A model generated the notes under the pieces. It did no database searches. It worked only from the letters and a program-made list of their open reading frames with translations, and was not told the DNA's origin. Source: Eledone cirrhosa (taxonomy: Eukaryota). From it: a stretch of DNA of 64,000 nt. Positions 1 to 17,921 of the stretch are shown here, piece by piece (position 1 is the stretch's first letter; every line of letters begins with the position of its first letter). The position numbers and the translations under genes are program-made. The DNA lies in NCBI GenBank assembly GCA_964016885.1, contig OZ024742.1, forward strand, positions 304,730,001 through 304,794,000. Direction: 5' to 3'.

Positions 1-30
1 ATTTCGGATAAGAAGCACTCTACAGTTTGG

Positions 31-546
<516 letters not shown>

Positions 547-547
<1 letters not shown>

Positions 548-916
548 CGCCTTCAAGATACACCCAAGGCTTGGGCCCCGTGCTATCCGTCCCATTCAAA
601 AATCTAATTCGCAACTCATAACAACAATACGGCACAATTATTTCACCTCAATCGGCCCTGCTCTCTTCAACATCGCACCAGGACACGTCAAAACAGAAAC
701 TGACCACACAAAATTCAAGAAGTCTTTGGACAAATTCCTCCAAGTAATCCCGGACAAACCACCCACACCCGGATATGTCTCCGCAAACAGTAATTCTCTT
801 CTTGAATGGGCCATGGTGCCCAAATCCTGAATTGAAAGACTTCGCCAGGTGGTGCTATTATGTTAGACATGGCCTGGGCCAATACTGGCCAAAATATTTC
901 AAAGTTATTCAAAGTT
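547..916 (+). mobile_element. 5'-truncated LINE 3' end (CR1/Jockey-group ORF2 C-terminus plus 3' UTR) inserted in (TA)n
   Basis: Open frame [12 protein letters not shown]...GPALFN...[16 protein letters not shown]...NSNSLLEW...stop (TGA 828-830) matches the C-terminal FKxxLDxFLxxIPDxP...NSL pattern of invertebrate CR1-group LINEs. Short UTR ends in tandem TTCAAAGTTA x2. (TA)n on both sides. Confidence 0.8.
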
Positions 917-1760
<844 letters not shown>

Positions 1761-1915
1761 GGAAGAGTGAGCAGCAGACAGCACACTCACACAACGACAC
1801 CTGCACACTGTCTCACTTACACTCGCGGCATGGCCAATCCCCCAGACCCAACGAAAAACATTGTTATTCACTTTCTATATTTCTATGTTTATTTATTTAT
1901 ATTTTATTTACTTAG

Positions 1916-1961
1916 TAGAAATCTCATCAAATTATGATCCAGATGAGAAGCATAGTTTCGG
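1916..1961 (+). other. Candidate small internal exon
   Basis: T-rich tract ending CTTAG (or the tandem TAG 3 nt later), then 46 nt open in one frame ([14 protein letters not shown]), then G|GTAAGT donor at 1962. No homology evidence. Confidence 0.25.
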
Positions 1962-2439
1962 GTAAGTAGGAGTGAGTGGGGAGAGAACTCACGGCTGGAA
2001 CTACTAGGCGGTGGAGTGGTGAACCTGGGTTGTTTGTTGCTATTGGTTTCTAAGGTTTGATTTACGTAGAATATCTGGGAAGATTGTTTCATGTTCAGCA
2101 GAGATTTATTACGAAATATTGAAAGTCAGAGTTAGAAAAAGGAAGGTGTGTTAGAGGAGATAAACCACTAAGCTAGAAAGAGAGAGCTATTAAGAGATAT
2201 AGAAGGGGGCGAAGACAAAATAAATAGATAAGTATAGAGAGGAGGGAGTAGTGGTAAAGGATCATATAAATATGAGTATATAATATCATATGGATGGAAA
2301 ACAACTTAAGGGCGATGAACTGGTGGATGTGTAAGCGGTAACATGACTGAGAGGCGGAGAAAGGCAATAGTGGTAGGTGTATGTATATCAGAGAGAACGA
2401 GATAGAGAAAATATATATATGTATACCTATATATATATA

Positions 2440-2565
<126 letters not shown>

Positions 2566-3084
2566 ATGTGTGTGTGTGTATAAAAAGAGAGTGGGAGGGA
2601 GAAAATCTAGGTAGCTAGATGATCGAAAGAGTAGGCGAATAGTTAGCAGAGTGTGAAGAAAACAGCAAAATCTACATTGATAAGGGTCAATGGACAAAGT
2701 GTATTGCTGAACTATTGAATAATACATAGACACAATCATTCAAAAACTTACAGAATCTCACACACTCAAACACATTCGTTTTGTTTTTCTTTCATTTTTT
2801 CGTACATCAGAGAAACTTGGATAAAAATACAGGCATATGTTTAGATAGTTTCAAACATAAGTATGTGCATCTATAACATCATATAAACACGTATGAATCT
2901 CTGTATGTATGTCTGTATGTATGTATCTCTGTCTCTCTCTCATATATATAATGTGTGTATGTGTACAGAATGTTTATACATAAATACTTACATATATAAC
3001 TGTGTATGTTATGAAATAGTCGAGATTACACCGAGAAAGTGATGGTAATGCACAAATAAGGCAAAATATCAATATAAATACTCT

Positions 3085-3275
3085 CAAGGTGGATTGGCAG
3101 TATCGGTAGCGGGTCGGACACCATGCTTTGACACATAGAGTTACGGCCCTTGCCATTCTGAGTTCAAATCTCGCCGAGGTTAACTTTTCCATTCATCCTT
3201 ACGGGGTCGATAAAATAAAATACCAGTAATGCACTGAGATAATTGCTGGCCTTGTCCCAAAAGTAGAAACAAATA
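3085..3275 (+). mobile_element. tRNA-derived SINE with Deu/Nin-like central domain
   Basis: Box A-like TGGCAGTATCGG and box B-like GAGTTCAAATC, then core TTCATCCTTACGGGGTCGATAAAATAAAATACCAG. Homologous to at least 7 other copies in the window. The domain name comes from recalled consensus. Confidence 0.85.
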
Positions 3276-3342
3276 TAAAAACCCTCAAATTTTATATTTG
3301 GTGTCTACACATTTTGTTCATGTGTACCCACATATATACGAA

Positions 3343-3414
<72 letters not shown>

Positions 3415-3953
3415 GTTTGTGTGTATGCACGCATGTACAAACATACACAAGCATGTTATCTTATGTGTTTGAATACATCCTCTGAATTCAAACCCCTACT
3501 AGATCTAGTCTACTTTTCATCTTTGTGGTCAAATAAAAATTGGTTTCGAAGTGAACGATTTTACCACTTCCTAATCCAGCCTGGTCATAGTTCAATATCT
3601 GAAACAAATAATAGAACGAAAATTATCACAGGCACACATATTTTATATATGTGGGTATGTGTGGATAAAAATTTCGCATCGCAATCCTGAAGTGCAGGAT
3701 TGAGTTCTAATGTGGGTCGACCAGAGCCTTGTATGGGAAATTAATAGTATTAAATCTGTTTGCAGGCCATGTCTAGACTATCTGCAATATGATGGTGCTG
3801 TCTTGATACAGTCGTACGCTGATTCCACTTAATAAATACATTAAGTGTACACATGTCTGTGGAATACTCTGTCATTTTGCGCACGAAATTGCGTTCTTCA
3901 ATTGACTGACTGACGTCGATACGTATGGGGTGTTCTCGGCGAGAGAATCATCA

Positions 3954-4363
<410 letters not shown>

Positions 4364-5279
4364 ACTGAATATAAGAGAGGGATGAACAACGATACAAGTA
4401 TACATGTGTTCGAATATATATATTCGATTGTAGATGCATGAGACAGTACCTATTTTCAATATTTAGTTGCGTATGAGTTGCGTGTGCATCCGTATTTCTG
4501 TTTCTGTTAGTGCATATATGTGTGTTGTGCAGAATACGTGTGTAAATTTGAGAGAAACATAATATTGATGTCGATGACGAAGATATTGGTACTAAAGATG
4601 GAGGGGTTTATGTATTTTATATTTTATACCTGTTTGTTGGGGTTATCGAGTTTGTTTTAAGTTGCATATAAAAGATGCAGCCTCTGTATATGCAGGCTGC
4701 ATTTTAAGATTGTGTTTCCCATGTTAATGAGGTGGCATGAAGATAGTTTTTGAAAAGGGTTAATAATAGCCAGAAACAAGGGGATAAAGGGATAAAAGAA
4801 AACCGGGAAATCTGAATGCCGAATGCTATTGCAACAGCTGCATAAAATAAACAACAATAAACATTAACATCTTATAAAGAAACAACAATATGTTGGCACA
4901 GTAACACCACTATCACTATGACCAATACAAACAATAACAACAGCATCAACGTCTGGTTTATCACCATCAATAGCAGCTACACCCTCAAAATCAATAAAAG
5001 CATCAATGGCTAACAAACGGGAGCTACAACGAAAACAAGAACAGCGAATAATAATAATAACAATAAGAATAATAATAAGGAGAAGCAGAAGAAGGAGAAG
5101 AAATGATGATAATGGTGATTGTGATGATGATGAAGATAATAACAATATCTTGTATGACAAGACATATTATTACAATTTAGGTGTGTGTGTCCTATGTTTA
5201 TACCTTAGTAATACTAGTAAAAAAAAAGTCGATGACAGATTAAATAATTCGCAGTATTTCTTCAACCTCTGAGCATGGA

Positions 5280-6865
5280 GTTCATACCTCGCGTTATGTC
5301 ACTGAAAAATTCCTAATTTTGATGCTTGTCAGTGTCATTAAAACACCCAAGAGACTTAAATGCTGACGAAGCCTGTGTTTGGCGTGAACCGTGACAATCA
5401 GAAATACATGAAAACACGGATAGGTCATGGCTGAAAAGTTTTGATCATAAGAATTCTTAATCCCATCTGACCTGGCCTGACGCTATAACTGTTAAACATC
5501 AATAGTCCAGCGCAGCAGAATACGAGACTACACGGAAGCCTCATTAAGGTCATTTGATTTGCTGGACATAGCGATCAAGAATCCCCCAAAATATATTTAC
5601 CGTTTTAAAACCTAAGAAAATTAGTGCTTGTTAGATAATTGTTTCTACTTTTGGCACCAGGCCAGCAATTATCCCAGTGCATTACTGCTACTTTATTTTA
5701 TCTGGTACTTTATTTTATCGACCCCGTAAGGATGAAAGACAAAGTTAACCTCTGCGGTATTTGAACTCAGATCATAAAGGGAGGTAACTCTATGCTTCAA
5801 AGCATGGCGCCCGACCCTCTACCAATCAACCGCCCTAGTGCTTGTTAGATAATGATGTTTGAATCTAAGGAGTTTTGATCACGGCTCAAATAACTTTGAT
5901 CGCAGATCCTACACATCAGAGCTAAACAACAACAACAGGAGCTGCAACATGAACTTAACATTAATAACAATAAAGATAATTTGATAAACAAAAGAGAACT
6001 ATTTACATCGATCACCACAGTAGAGACAACAATAACGACAAAAATAAGGACAAGAGTGCAAGGCAGCAAATAACAACAAAATTATTAAGGCTGATTGCCT
6101 TCTAATATAGGCATAAAGCCAGATAATTGGGGAAAATGGCGTTATTGAATGTACCGAGGTCAGTTCTTCATCGGTAATATATTCATACGTAACATCATCG
6201 TAAGGATAAAAAGTAAAGTTGGCCTCGGTAGGATTTAACATAAATTGACATAACCAAATACCGCAAGATATTGTTAGTGTCTCAATCTGTTCTGCCAAAT
6301 TTGTCGCTAAAGGAGTAGAAAATCTAAATCTCCCTGAAATCACACCCAGTCTTAGAAAATAAAACGTTGGGAAACATTGCCCCACCACCGTGACAGCTCT
6401 GGGACAAAAATATTCAACAGTATCAATAGCAAAGCTAACGAGCTAACAATGGAGTCTTAATGGAGAAATTGCAGCTAAATCTCCTTCAAATCTCGCTTCA
6501 CTGTCTGAAAAAATAGGAGGATACGCATTAATTAATCTTAGATAATGCAAACAATTAAAAATATCTGAAGGGATGGACATGGCTGGAAAGCATAGATTAC
6601 ATATCTGCTCGATTAGGATTGATATGTTACTAAATATCAAGAGCACCAAAAATGGAGGCCTCTAAATGTTCGTAGGATATGCAAGAAATAGCAGCCACAT
6701 TGCCCTCAAAACAAACCCATGTGCCTACGAAAATGGAACCAGTAGAGAATGTGGTACTTTATATATTATATCTTTAAATAAAAAAAGGGCATGATAGAGT
6801 AGTAACATATGTGATCATTGGTCAACCCAGCTAACGTTAGCCTAGGGCTAAACAACAACAACAAA
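5280..6865 (+). mobile_element. Cluster of old SINE 3' fragments with (CAA)n tails
   Basis: Recurring degenerate motif GAAATAGCAGCCAAATCTCCCTCAAA (~5565, ~6320, ~6465, ~6685) and GCTAAACAACAAC ends (~5920, ~6848); heavily diverged. Confidence 0.45.
5640..5835 (-). mobile_element. Full-length Deu/Nin-like tRNA SINE with 18-bp TSD
   Basis: Reverse complement of the 3085 family. Direct repeat TAGTGCTTGTTAGATAAT at 5622-5639 and 5836-5853. Confidence 0.9.
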
Positions 6866-7146
6866 TCATTAAACAATTATAAACAATATCCATAACAAAG
6901 TTATTTACTACAAATTTGCCGTTAAACAGCAACATTGTACAATACTAGCAACATCAAGAACAACAAACATTAAAAAACAAAAACAATATTCAAAACCATT
7001 AGCCAACAACAAACATTAAATCAAAATAAAAAAAATATCTAACATTTCTTTCAGACATATTTCCTTTCGTTTTAAATTCCTTACACAAACACAAACACAT
7101 CTTACACAATCACAAACACACTCAAGCTTATATACACACAAACACA

Positions 7147-7207
<61 letters not shown>

Positions 7208-8459
7208 ACAGATATTTACACAAACACGCCTGTTCACATACATATGACAACAATGACAATGACAACAGCAACAATAACAATAACATTAGTGAAGAAATTG
7301 AAAGAAAAGAACCACATGTTTGCCACACAGGGCGGCCCGGGGCGCTTATTTGGAATGAATGAATGAATGAATGAAAGACAGAAAAAAGGAAGGAAAGAAA
7401 GTGATAATGATGACAAGGGAAGATGCGGTAAACACAAAGAGATGGGGAAAAGATAGAAAAAATAGAGAGATGGTGAGAGAGTGGGAGGTGAGAAAAGGGG
7501 GAAAATAAGAATTGTATGTTAAAAAAAACAGTTAAAAGGAAGGAAGGATGAAAAGAAAGTAAAGTAAAGTAAAAGAAGAAGACATATGTGTAGAGAAGTA
7601 AGAAATGTAGGGGAAAGATGACTAAGAGAACTGAAGGAGGGGCAGAGAAAGAGACCATTTGACTATGTGAGTGGGAGACTGTATATGTATATATAAAAAA
7701 TGTGAGAAGACAGTGAAAGCTATAGAGAATCGCCAAGGGACAGTCTGAGATTGTGTAGCTGTGTAGACACTGGAGTGCGAGGAAGAGGTAGATAGATAAA
7801 CACAAAGAGTGAGAGAGAAAGAGCGATATGATGGTAGGCAGAGAGAGAGAGAAAGAGAGGGGGGAGCAACAAACAGACACAAACACATACACACACATAG
7901 AGACACGTGCACAAGTACAAACAGATTTGTACATATAAACGTAAAACCTATGTTCTCATTCATTATACGCATTTAAAAACATACTCGTGAATAAAACATT
8001 CATATATATATATATATATATATATTGGAACTGTTCATATATATATACATATATATATATATATGTGTGTGTGTATATATATATAAACAGTTGCACTATG
8101 ATATTTACATATACACACACGATACACATCCACCCTTGGATACATGTTGGCCAGGAGCGCTAGGAAATACGCGTCCACAGAATCCAGTGTGCGATACAAA
8201 TACACACACCTTGATGCACTTAGAATGTAAAGTTTCCTACACGCACTTACATACAGGAATATACACGCACATACAACCATCGCTCACGCATCACAAATAC
8301 ACTGATGAATGTATTATGGAAACAGGACGCGGACAGGATAGCATTTTCTACTTTAACCTATACATTCTTTGCATATAAACACATAGGCAACTTTCCTCAT
8401 ATATATATACTTACATATAAAGATATATGTATATATATATATACATACATATATATAGT

Positions 8460-8625
8460 AATAATAATAAATTTGAAGACTAAAATCCAAAGAGGGCTCG
8501 ATAAGGATAAATATATATCAAATATATAAGAACCGTAGAGCAAATATTTATTAGTTTCAGAAGATCCCGTTAAGGGTGAAAGCAGCGATTCTTTGCTTAA
8601 ACTTTAATCTGTTATTTTAATAAAT
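8460..8625 (+). mobile_element. PLE 3' remnant with degenerate hammerhead motif between (TA)n runs
   Basis: Translation IINLKTKIQRGLDKD resembles the LxTxxPxGLN end of PLE GIY-YIG domains. It is followed by CAGAAGA-T-CCC-GTTAA-GGG-T-GAAA (8558-8581). Confidence 0.45.
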
Positions 8626-8645
8626 ATACATATATATATACACAT

Positions 8646-8737
<92 letters not shown>

Positions 8738-9209
8738 ATATACATATGTATATACACACTATATGTGTACACACGTAACACATACAAAACATGTATATTT
8801 ATGCATCACTGTATCCATACATAGTAAGCGCACACACACATGAATATATTTGCGTGTGGAAGTTTGTATAGGTGCTGGTGCATACCTATTTTTGTGTGTT
8901 TGTGCGAATTATGGACTTCATTTTTAGTTAGACACGCACACATTTTCATATATATATATATACCTTCACACATATATATATATATATATATACAGATACA
9001 CACATATGCCGATTTGCACTTCTTGCAATGAAACATATTGCGGTGATCGTGGACAATTACATACTCTAACATAGATAGTCCCATATATATATATATGTGT
9101 GCGTGTGTGTATATCCGTCCCAATCGGACTTCTCTCTCTCCCATCACTCACTCTCTCTCTCATACACACACACACACACACACACTCACTTACACACTGA
9201 TGCAGGTAC

Positions 9210-9246
<37 letters not shown>

Positions 9247-10720
9247 TCACAGAAACAGGGTTATATACAGGAATATTGTTTAGAAATCATGAGAGAGAGC
9301 GTTTGAGTGAAGAAATAAAGGTTAGAAACTGTATATATATATATATATATATATATAAGATCAAAAGATGGTTAAAAGAGTTACATGTATGTTATTATGC
9401 GCATTTCAAAAATAAATATCATCATGGGATGATATTTGCGTTCTCATCAGATAAAATAGGGAGACGTGATATGAAGCTTAAAAAACACTTGCGAGCAGTG
9501 AAGTGTTAAATCAACATATGAAAAATAAAGTAAGATGGATATATGAGATTGGGAAAAAAAAGAAGGGGGGGGGGGGGTAAGGAAGAGGAAGTAAGAAAAT
9601 AAAGGATGACGGGGGAGGAGTATAAGAAGGAAGGATGAGAGAGGAGGAGAAATGCGTGAGAGAGAGAGATAGCTTTTAATACTGAGAAACACTATATATA
9701 TATATATATATATACACACACATACACACACACGCGTGTGTATGTGTGTGTGTGTGTGTGTACACACGCAAAAATACATTTCATTCTTGTTGAATCTCTT
9801 TCCGTAAAAATAACACAGGCGGTAGCAGAAATAACAAAAGACAGCCTAGCCGAATGGGATTTTGGAAGAGGGAGATGAAGAGAATGGAAGAGACGAGGGG
9901 AAGGGGTAGGAGAAAGAAAGAGAATGGAAAGGTTGGGAGAGAAATAGAGAGATACTTCTGTCGTCAACTACTATAGAAACAAATCTGTGGTTGCTCTCAA
10001 TATGGAGCAAATGAAGGAAACATCGTTTTGTTTACTTCTCATTCTGTATCTCTCCCACTCTCTTGCTCCTCTTTCTCTCTCACTCTCTCCCTTTCTAATT
10101 CCATCTCTTTTCCTATCTATGGATCGTTCTCTCTTCTAATATATTATGTCACTATTTCTTGCATGTTTCGATCTCTCTGTCTGTCTGTCTATGTAACTAT
10201 CTGACTGTCTGTCTCTCTCTCTCTTTCTCACTTTGTCTTTGTACTATCATTGTCTCGACATCCCTCTCTCATCCTGTTCCATTATACTCTTGCCATATTT
10301 CTTTTTCTCTTCAACCTATTATTCTTTCTTTCCTTCTGTTTCTTTCTTTCTTGCTCCCTCCTCATTCCTATTGTCTACTTATTAATCTACCGATCTAGGT
10401 ATCTATTTATCTATATTAATTTCACTCCTTTCTTCAAAATCTCACACTGCCTGAATTTTTCTTTCTCCTTCATCTTCCATTTCTCTAACTGTCCCTCTCA
10501 CAAAACTCCCTTCACACCCCTCTCACTCTTGCACCTTTTTGTCTCTCGTACACTCTCCTATCTATTTCACACTTTTATACTACAATGTCTTTAACTTTTT
10601 ACTTTGCTTTATCGTATTCCCCTCTACACATTCTCTCTCTAAATGTGTCTTCACCTACATCTCAGCCTTTTCTTGACATCTCCCTTTCCTCACCCAATCC
10701 TTATTTCCTTCTCTCTCGCG

Positions 10721-10774
<54 letters not shown>

Positions 10775-11044
10775 CATTATATATATACACATACACACGC
10801 GCACACACACACACACATATATATATATACATATTACACATTATATATATACACATACACACGCACACACACACATATATATATATGTGTGTTTCCAATG
10901 TATTTCTCTGTAGCTACTCTTCGATTCACTGTCCTGCCCAAAATAACGCACACACATAGACATTCAAATATAAAGACGCACATACAGTTTATACATCAAT
11001 TTTGTCTTTGCCTTTACTATATGTATCTCACTCCATGTTATTGC

Positions 11045-11048
11045 TCTC

Positions 11049-11116
<68 letters not shown>

Positions 11117-11139
11117 TCCTCTCTCTCTTCCTCTCTCTC

Positions 11140-11215
<76 letters not shown>
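11045..11215. repeat. (CT)n microsatellite
   Basis: Direct reading. Confidence 0.97.
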
Positions 11216-11218
<3 letters not shown>

Positions 11219-11640
11219 CTAACTTTCTTTCAGACACACACACACACTCTCTCTCCTTCTTCCCCTCTAAGACACACTCTCTTTCTCCATCTATCAATCT
11301 TTCAAGAATTCCGAAATTCCTCATAAAATTCCATTCAGTCTTTAAAAAATCTCTCTAATTCTGTGTTTCTACCTATCACCACCAATCTCTCTTTCTCTCT
11401 CTCTGGCCTCTCCCTCTCTATCCCTTTATCGATCTCTCAATCCCTTTCCCACTCTCTCTTTTATACGCATTCTCTTGCATTACATCCTTATGTGCTTACA
11501 TTTCTCTTCCACTACCTCTCTCACACAATCTCCACACCCCTCACTCTCTTTCTCTCTTCCATACTCTCTCATTTCACTCTTCCATACTCTCTCATTTCAC
11601 TCTTTCTCAATATGCAAACTCACAAACATCCACCCATATG

Positions 11641-11674
<34 letters not shown>

Positions 11675-11733
11675 AATATATACATAATTTACCCGCTCTA
11701 TATATGTATATATGCAAACTCACAATCATCCCC

Positions 11734-11883
<150 letters not shown>

Positions 11884-12044
11884 GGGTGGGTGGGTGGCTG
11901 TGAGTTTGCATATATATGTATATACACAACCACACACACATCCAACCAAACATATATAAACACACGTTCATACACTCTCCTTTCATCACCAACCTTCTCG
12001 TCCTCTCCCATTTTCAAAACTCATTTTAAGCCTCTGTCATGATA

Positions 12045-12250
12045 ATTATGATGATGATAACTTCATCGTTTTCATCGCCTCATACTCCTGTTCATTATCC
12101 TCGTCATCATCATCATCAACTTCATCCTCATCAACTTCATCCTCATCACTATCAGCAGAACCAATAACAACATCACTGTCATCATCATCACCGCTAACTT
12201 CATCAACACTATCATCATCATCATCATCACTAACATCATTATCGTCGAGA
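12045..12250. repeat. Degenerate (CAT)n low-complexity tract
   Basis: Direct reading. Confidence 0.85.
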
Positions 12251-12382
12251 TCAGTTTACTACAAAGAAAGTTAATACACTTTTAGTCGGATTTACAGTCA
12301 AAAAGCAAACAAAATATACAAAAATAAATTAAAATAAAAAGAAGAACGGGCCGCAATCTGCGCTAAGTGAAATCGCTCTCTC

Positions 12383-12429
<47 letters not shown>

Positions 12430-12537
12430 GTTCCTGTGTGTGTATATATATGTGTGTGTGTTTTTATAAATATAGAGAGAGTGAGAGAGTGAGATATACA
12501 GATATATACATACATACATACATAAATACATACATAC

Positions 12538-12569
<32 letters not shown>

Positions 12570-12934
12570 GTATATATAAATATATATTATATATATAGAT
12601 GGCCTGTTTATTTATTTTTCCTTTAATGTATTAAATAATTACATATGAACATAAAATCACCTCTCTAGCTTTACATAGAAGTTATAAATTAAATTAGATT
12701 GAATGTAAACCTTATAACAAGGTGACAGCGGGGGCTGGAGTTTAATAAGAAATTATTACTGCTATGAGTGTGTGGAGAGGAGAGGTGAATGTGTGTGTGC
12801 ACGTATATGTATGTGTATGTGTTTTTATGAGTAAGGGTGGTGGTGGAGAGAGAATGTGTTTAACTTTCATCTCGTTCTCGCTTTCCTACCCCACATCTCT
12901 CTCTTTCTCCCATTCTCTCTTTTTTCACACGCAA

Positions 12935-14040
<1,106 letters not shown>

Positions 14041-14779
14041 TGTAGTTGGTATATATGTGTGGGTAAGCGCGATTGTGAGTGTGCAATTTTAAGATGATAA
14101 ACAGTCTTGAGCAAAAATTAATTAATGAGTTTGTCAAAAGTAAGCAATCTCCTTCTTTGCACATATCAAATTTTCTCACTCCCCATACACACATAGACAA
14201 ACGTATATATATTTGTGGCGTATATGTGTGTATGTATGCATATATATATTGAATACGTGCACATATACATTATATATGTGGCCAAATATACTATATATAT
14301 GCACATGTATATTATATATATTCACATATATATTATATATATGTATATATATACTATATACTATATATATATATATTAATATATATTTTTTAAATTGAAC
14401 TATAAATTTGTGTTGAATTTGTATCCCTTCCTCTGTAGCTCTGATTGCTTATCAGCAGTCTCTGAGCATGTAACTCTCTGTATGTGTGCGTATATAAAAT
14501 AATATGCATTTCTATTATATAGACGCACATACTCGAAAATGCATATATACATAATTTACATAATGTAACATCTATCAACCACTTAAAATAGTTTTCATAT
14601 AATAACCAGAGACACATAAACTCATGCTTGCGCTTTCATTGGAATACATGAGTGGAATAGCTAGACGTTCAAACATACTAACATACATATATACGTATAT
14701 TAATGGGTAGGTTGTTAAACGCTGGTGAAGGATGGGAGTTTTATCAATTAATAAATACATCGACCATAATTTTGCTATG

Positions 14780-14859
<80 letters not shown>

Positions 14860-15183
14860 TATAGTTAAATATATATAATATGTGTGTACGTTCTCCTCGT
14901 GTAAACTGTGTAACTAAATAAACAGGGCAAAAACCTTCATGTCATATACATACTTTTCTATTACTAACAAAATTCATATATGTAAATGTATGAACATGTT
15001 TGAAAACACGCTGAACAAATATATACTTATGGGACTTTAGCCGTCAAATTTAACTTCAAACGCACATTCATAGATGCCTAAACTAAATTGATAATGAATG
15101 CCCCAGCTAGGCCGCAGATCAATAAATGAAGCCATTAAACAAATATAACATCATATATATATATATATATAAGAAACCAATAT

Positions 15184-15285
<102 letters not shown>

Positions 15286-15354
15286 TACACGCGTATTCAT
15301 ATGCGTGTTTTAACATAGGTATATATTTGTCATATACAATGTATTTGTTGTTAT

Positions 15355-15551
15355 ATATCTATCTATCTATCTATCTAAGGCGGGTAAAATTCCCGAGATC
15401 CATGGACGAGTTCTCTCCAGCGGTCTCTGTCCCTCATTATCGCTGCCATGTCCTGCGTCTCCAACAGACTAGTGTCTGTCCTTAGGGCATCAACATACGT
15501 TAACCTTGGTCTTCCTCTTCTAGTGTGTCCATGTAGGGGCTATCCAGAGTT

Positions 15552-15552
<1 letters not shown>
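15355..15552 (-). mobile_element. RTE-clade LINE 3' end with (TAGA)n tail
   Basis: Minus strand reads LW*PLHGHTRRGRPRLTYVDALRTDT...AIMRDRDRWRELV...PP*, the typical RTE C-terminal RGRP...DR..WR pattern, followed by (TAGA)n. Confidence 0.85.
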
Positions 15553-15582
<30 letters not shown>

Positions 15583-15587
<5 letters not shown>

Positions 15588-15794
15588 AACGAGTAGGACC
15601 CTGACGGCTGAGCTCAAGCCGTTTCGACGGCTAATTCTGGACTAAAAAACTAAATTAATCCCGAATTAGCCGTCGGAACGGCTTGAGCTCAGCCGTCGGG
15701 GTCCTACTCGTTCCTATTACCCACTCTACTACCCTAAGTATTGAGTACTTTGGTGCGTTATGGTCCACCTGGTTCCTTACCACATTTCCTTCGT

Positions 15795-15795
<1 letters not shown>
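15583..15795 (+). mobile_element. Family X palindromic PLE-like mini-element (55-bp arms, 25-nt spacer, ~80-bp tail)
   Basis: Arms 15583-15637 and 15663-15717 are reverse complements; tail 15718-15795; (TA)n on both sides. Homologous to 19888, 21571, 44054, 53433 and 59931. Confidence 0.85.
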
Positions 15796-15822
<27 letters not shown>

Positions 15823-15826
<4 letters not shown>

Positions 15827-16097
15827 AAGAAAAAGGGATGAAATCGAAAATGCAACTGAAGTCTTATTTTTTTTTTAAATATATATATTTATTTGGTTCC
15901 TTTACCGGTTTCGCAGTTCTTCTGCTTTGAAAAGCAGAAGAACTGCGAAACCGGTAAAGGAACCAAATAAATATATATATTTTTTTAAAAAATAAGACTT
16001 CAGTTGCATTTTTGATTTCATCCCTTTTTCTTTATACTTCCACTCGTGTAGGACACCTCGGTTATTTTTCACTTTGTAAAAAAAACCTCACTTTCTA
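15823..16097 (+). mobile_element. Family Y palindromic PLE-like mini-element with minimal hammerhead at the fold-back point
   Basis: Near-perfect inverted repeat 15823-16036 centred on 15929-15930, plus a ~60-bp tail; (TA)n flanks. Confidence 0.85.
15927..15956 (+). ncRNA. Minimal type I hammerhead ribozyme-like motif (U3-A8 variant)
   Basis: TTGAAAA-GCAG-AAGAA-CTGC-GAAA-CCGG-TA: 4-bp helix II, palindromic CCGG cap on helix III, UA cleavage site. The helix I 5' strand is largely overwritten by the inversion. Confidence 0.65.
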
Positions 16098-16397
16098 ATA
16101 TATATATATATATATTTAATTAATTTCCACGTGCTGTTGAAATGTTGGGTAAATATTCTATAGCGGTTGCACGCGAAGACGCCACGATAGCGTATTTATT
16201 TACTGTTTCTTCATAGATGCCTTTTATTCTTATAGCCTGGTCTAATTGATTTTTTGTGTGGTTAATTATGCTGATTGGGAGTAGAGATGATGTATATATA
16301 TTATCAAATAATTCTCTGGACATGCTTTACTCTATAGTATATATATATATATAACAACAAATATATTGTATATGACAAATACATACCTATATTAAAA

Positions 16398-16557
<160 letters not shown>

Positions 16558-17109
16558 CATTGGAATTAATATATACGACACAAGAAACATTTCATATCTT
16601 ATATATTAGTTAATATAACAAACTCTATATTGTTTGCCTGTTCTGCACACCTTTCTTCATCCCTTCTGCCATGTCCTCCCCGCCGACGATTGACGTCTAT
16701 ATAACTCGCGTATGATTTATGTCTCTATATATTCATTGACATCTCTAGCAGGATGCCTTTCACCACCTCTTTCTCTTTTCACTTTACAATTCATCTATTA
16801 TTTACTTTTCTAATTTTAACGTACACACCATTATCTCCTTCCAACACTCCGTTATTGTCATTCGACCATACTCATTCCTTTACTTCCTTACTCTATTTTC
16901 ATGCCCATTTTACATATTATAGACTATCAACCCTCTCTCTCTCATCCTTTCACTTTTTCATCCACATTCTCTCACTCACACACACACACACACACATAAT
17001 CACACACACACACACAGACAGACAGACACACACACACACAAACACCCAGAAACACACACACATATTTACTCATATGTAAGGTTCCCTTTACTTTTCTATG
17101 TCATGAGTT

Positions 17110-17663
<554 letters not shown>

Positions 17664-17697
17664 AATATATATATATATATATATATATATAATAATA

Positions 17698-17921
17698 ATA
17701 ATGAAATGACAGGAGGCTGGATTTGTGTAAATCCTTTCAAGGATTTACACAAATCCAGCCTCCTGTCATTTCATTATAATATTTAACTCCGTAATAGCAC
17801 CACCAACTACGAAAACAAAGACGGTTGAACTGCCTTACGTTGAGTACTCTCTATATTATTGCATTACGATTGACCATACGGAATAGACCAGCTCTATACA
17901 GTGGTGAACCTCAAACCTGAA
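17698..17921 (+). mobile_element. Palindrome-plus-tail element (perfect 39-bp arms, ~140-bp tail) in (TA)n
   Basis: 17698-17736 and 17739-17777 are exact reverse complements; unique tail to 17921; (TA)n on both sides. Confidence 0.7.

Noticed and set aside
4620-4790. Loose inverted repeat with an inner ATGCAGCCT/AGGCTGCAT hairpin
   Set aside because: Arms are too short and degenerate to call an element.
5362-5395. CTGACGA-AGCC...GGCGT-GAAC hammerhead-like string
   Set aside because: The GAAA box is broken, there is no helix I or III, and it lies in old SINE debris.
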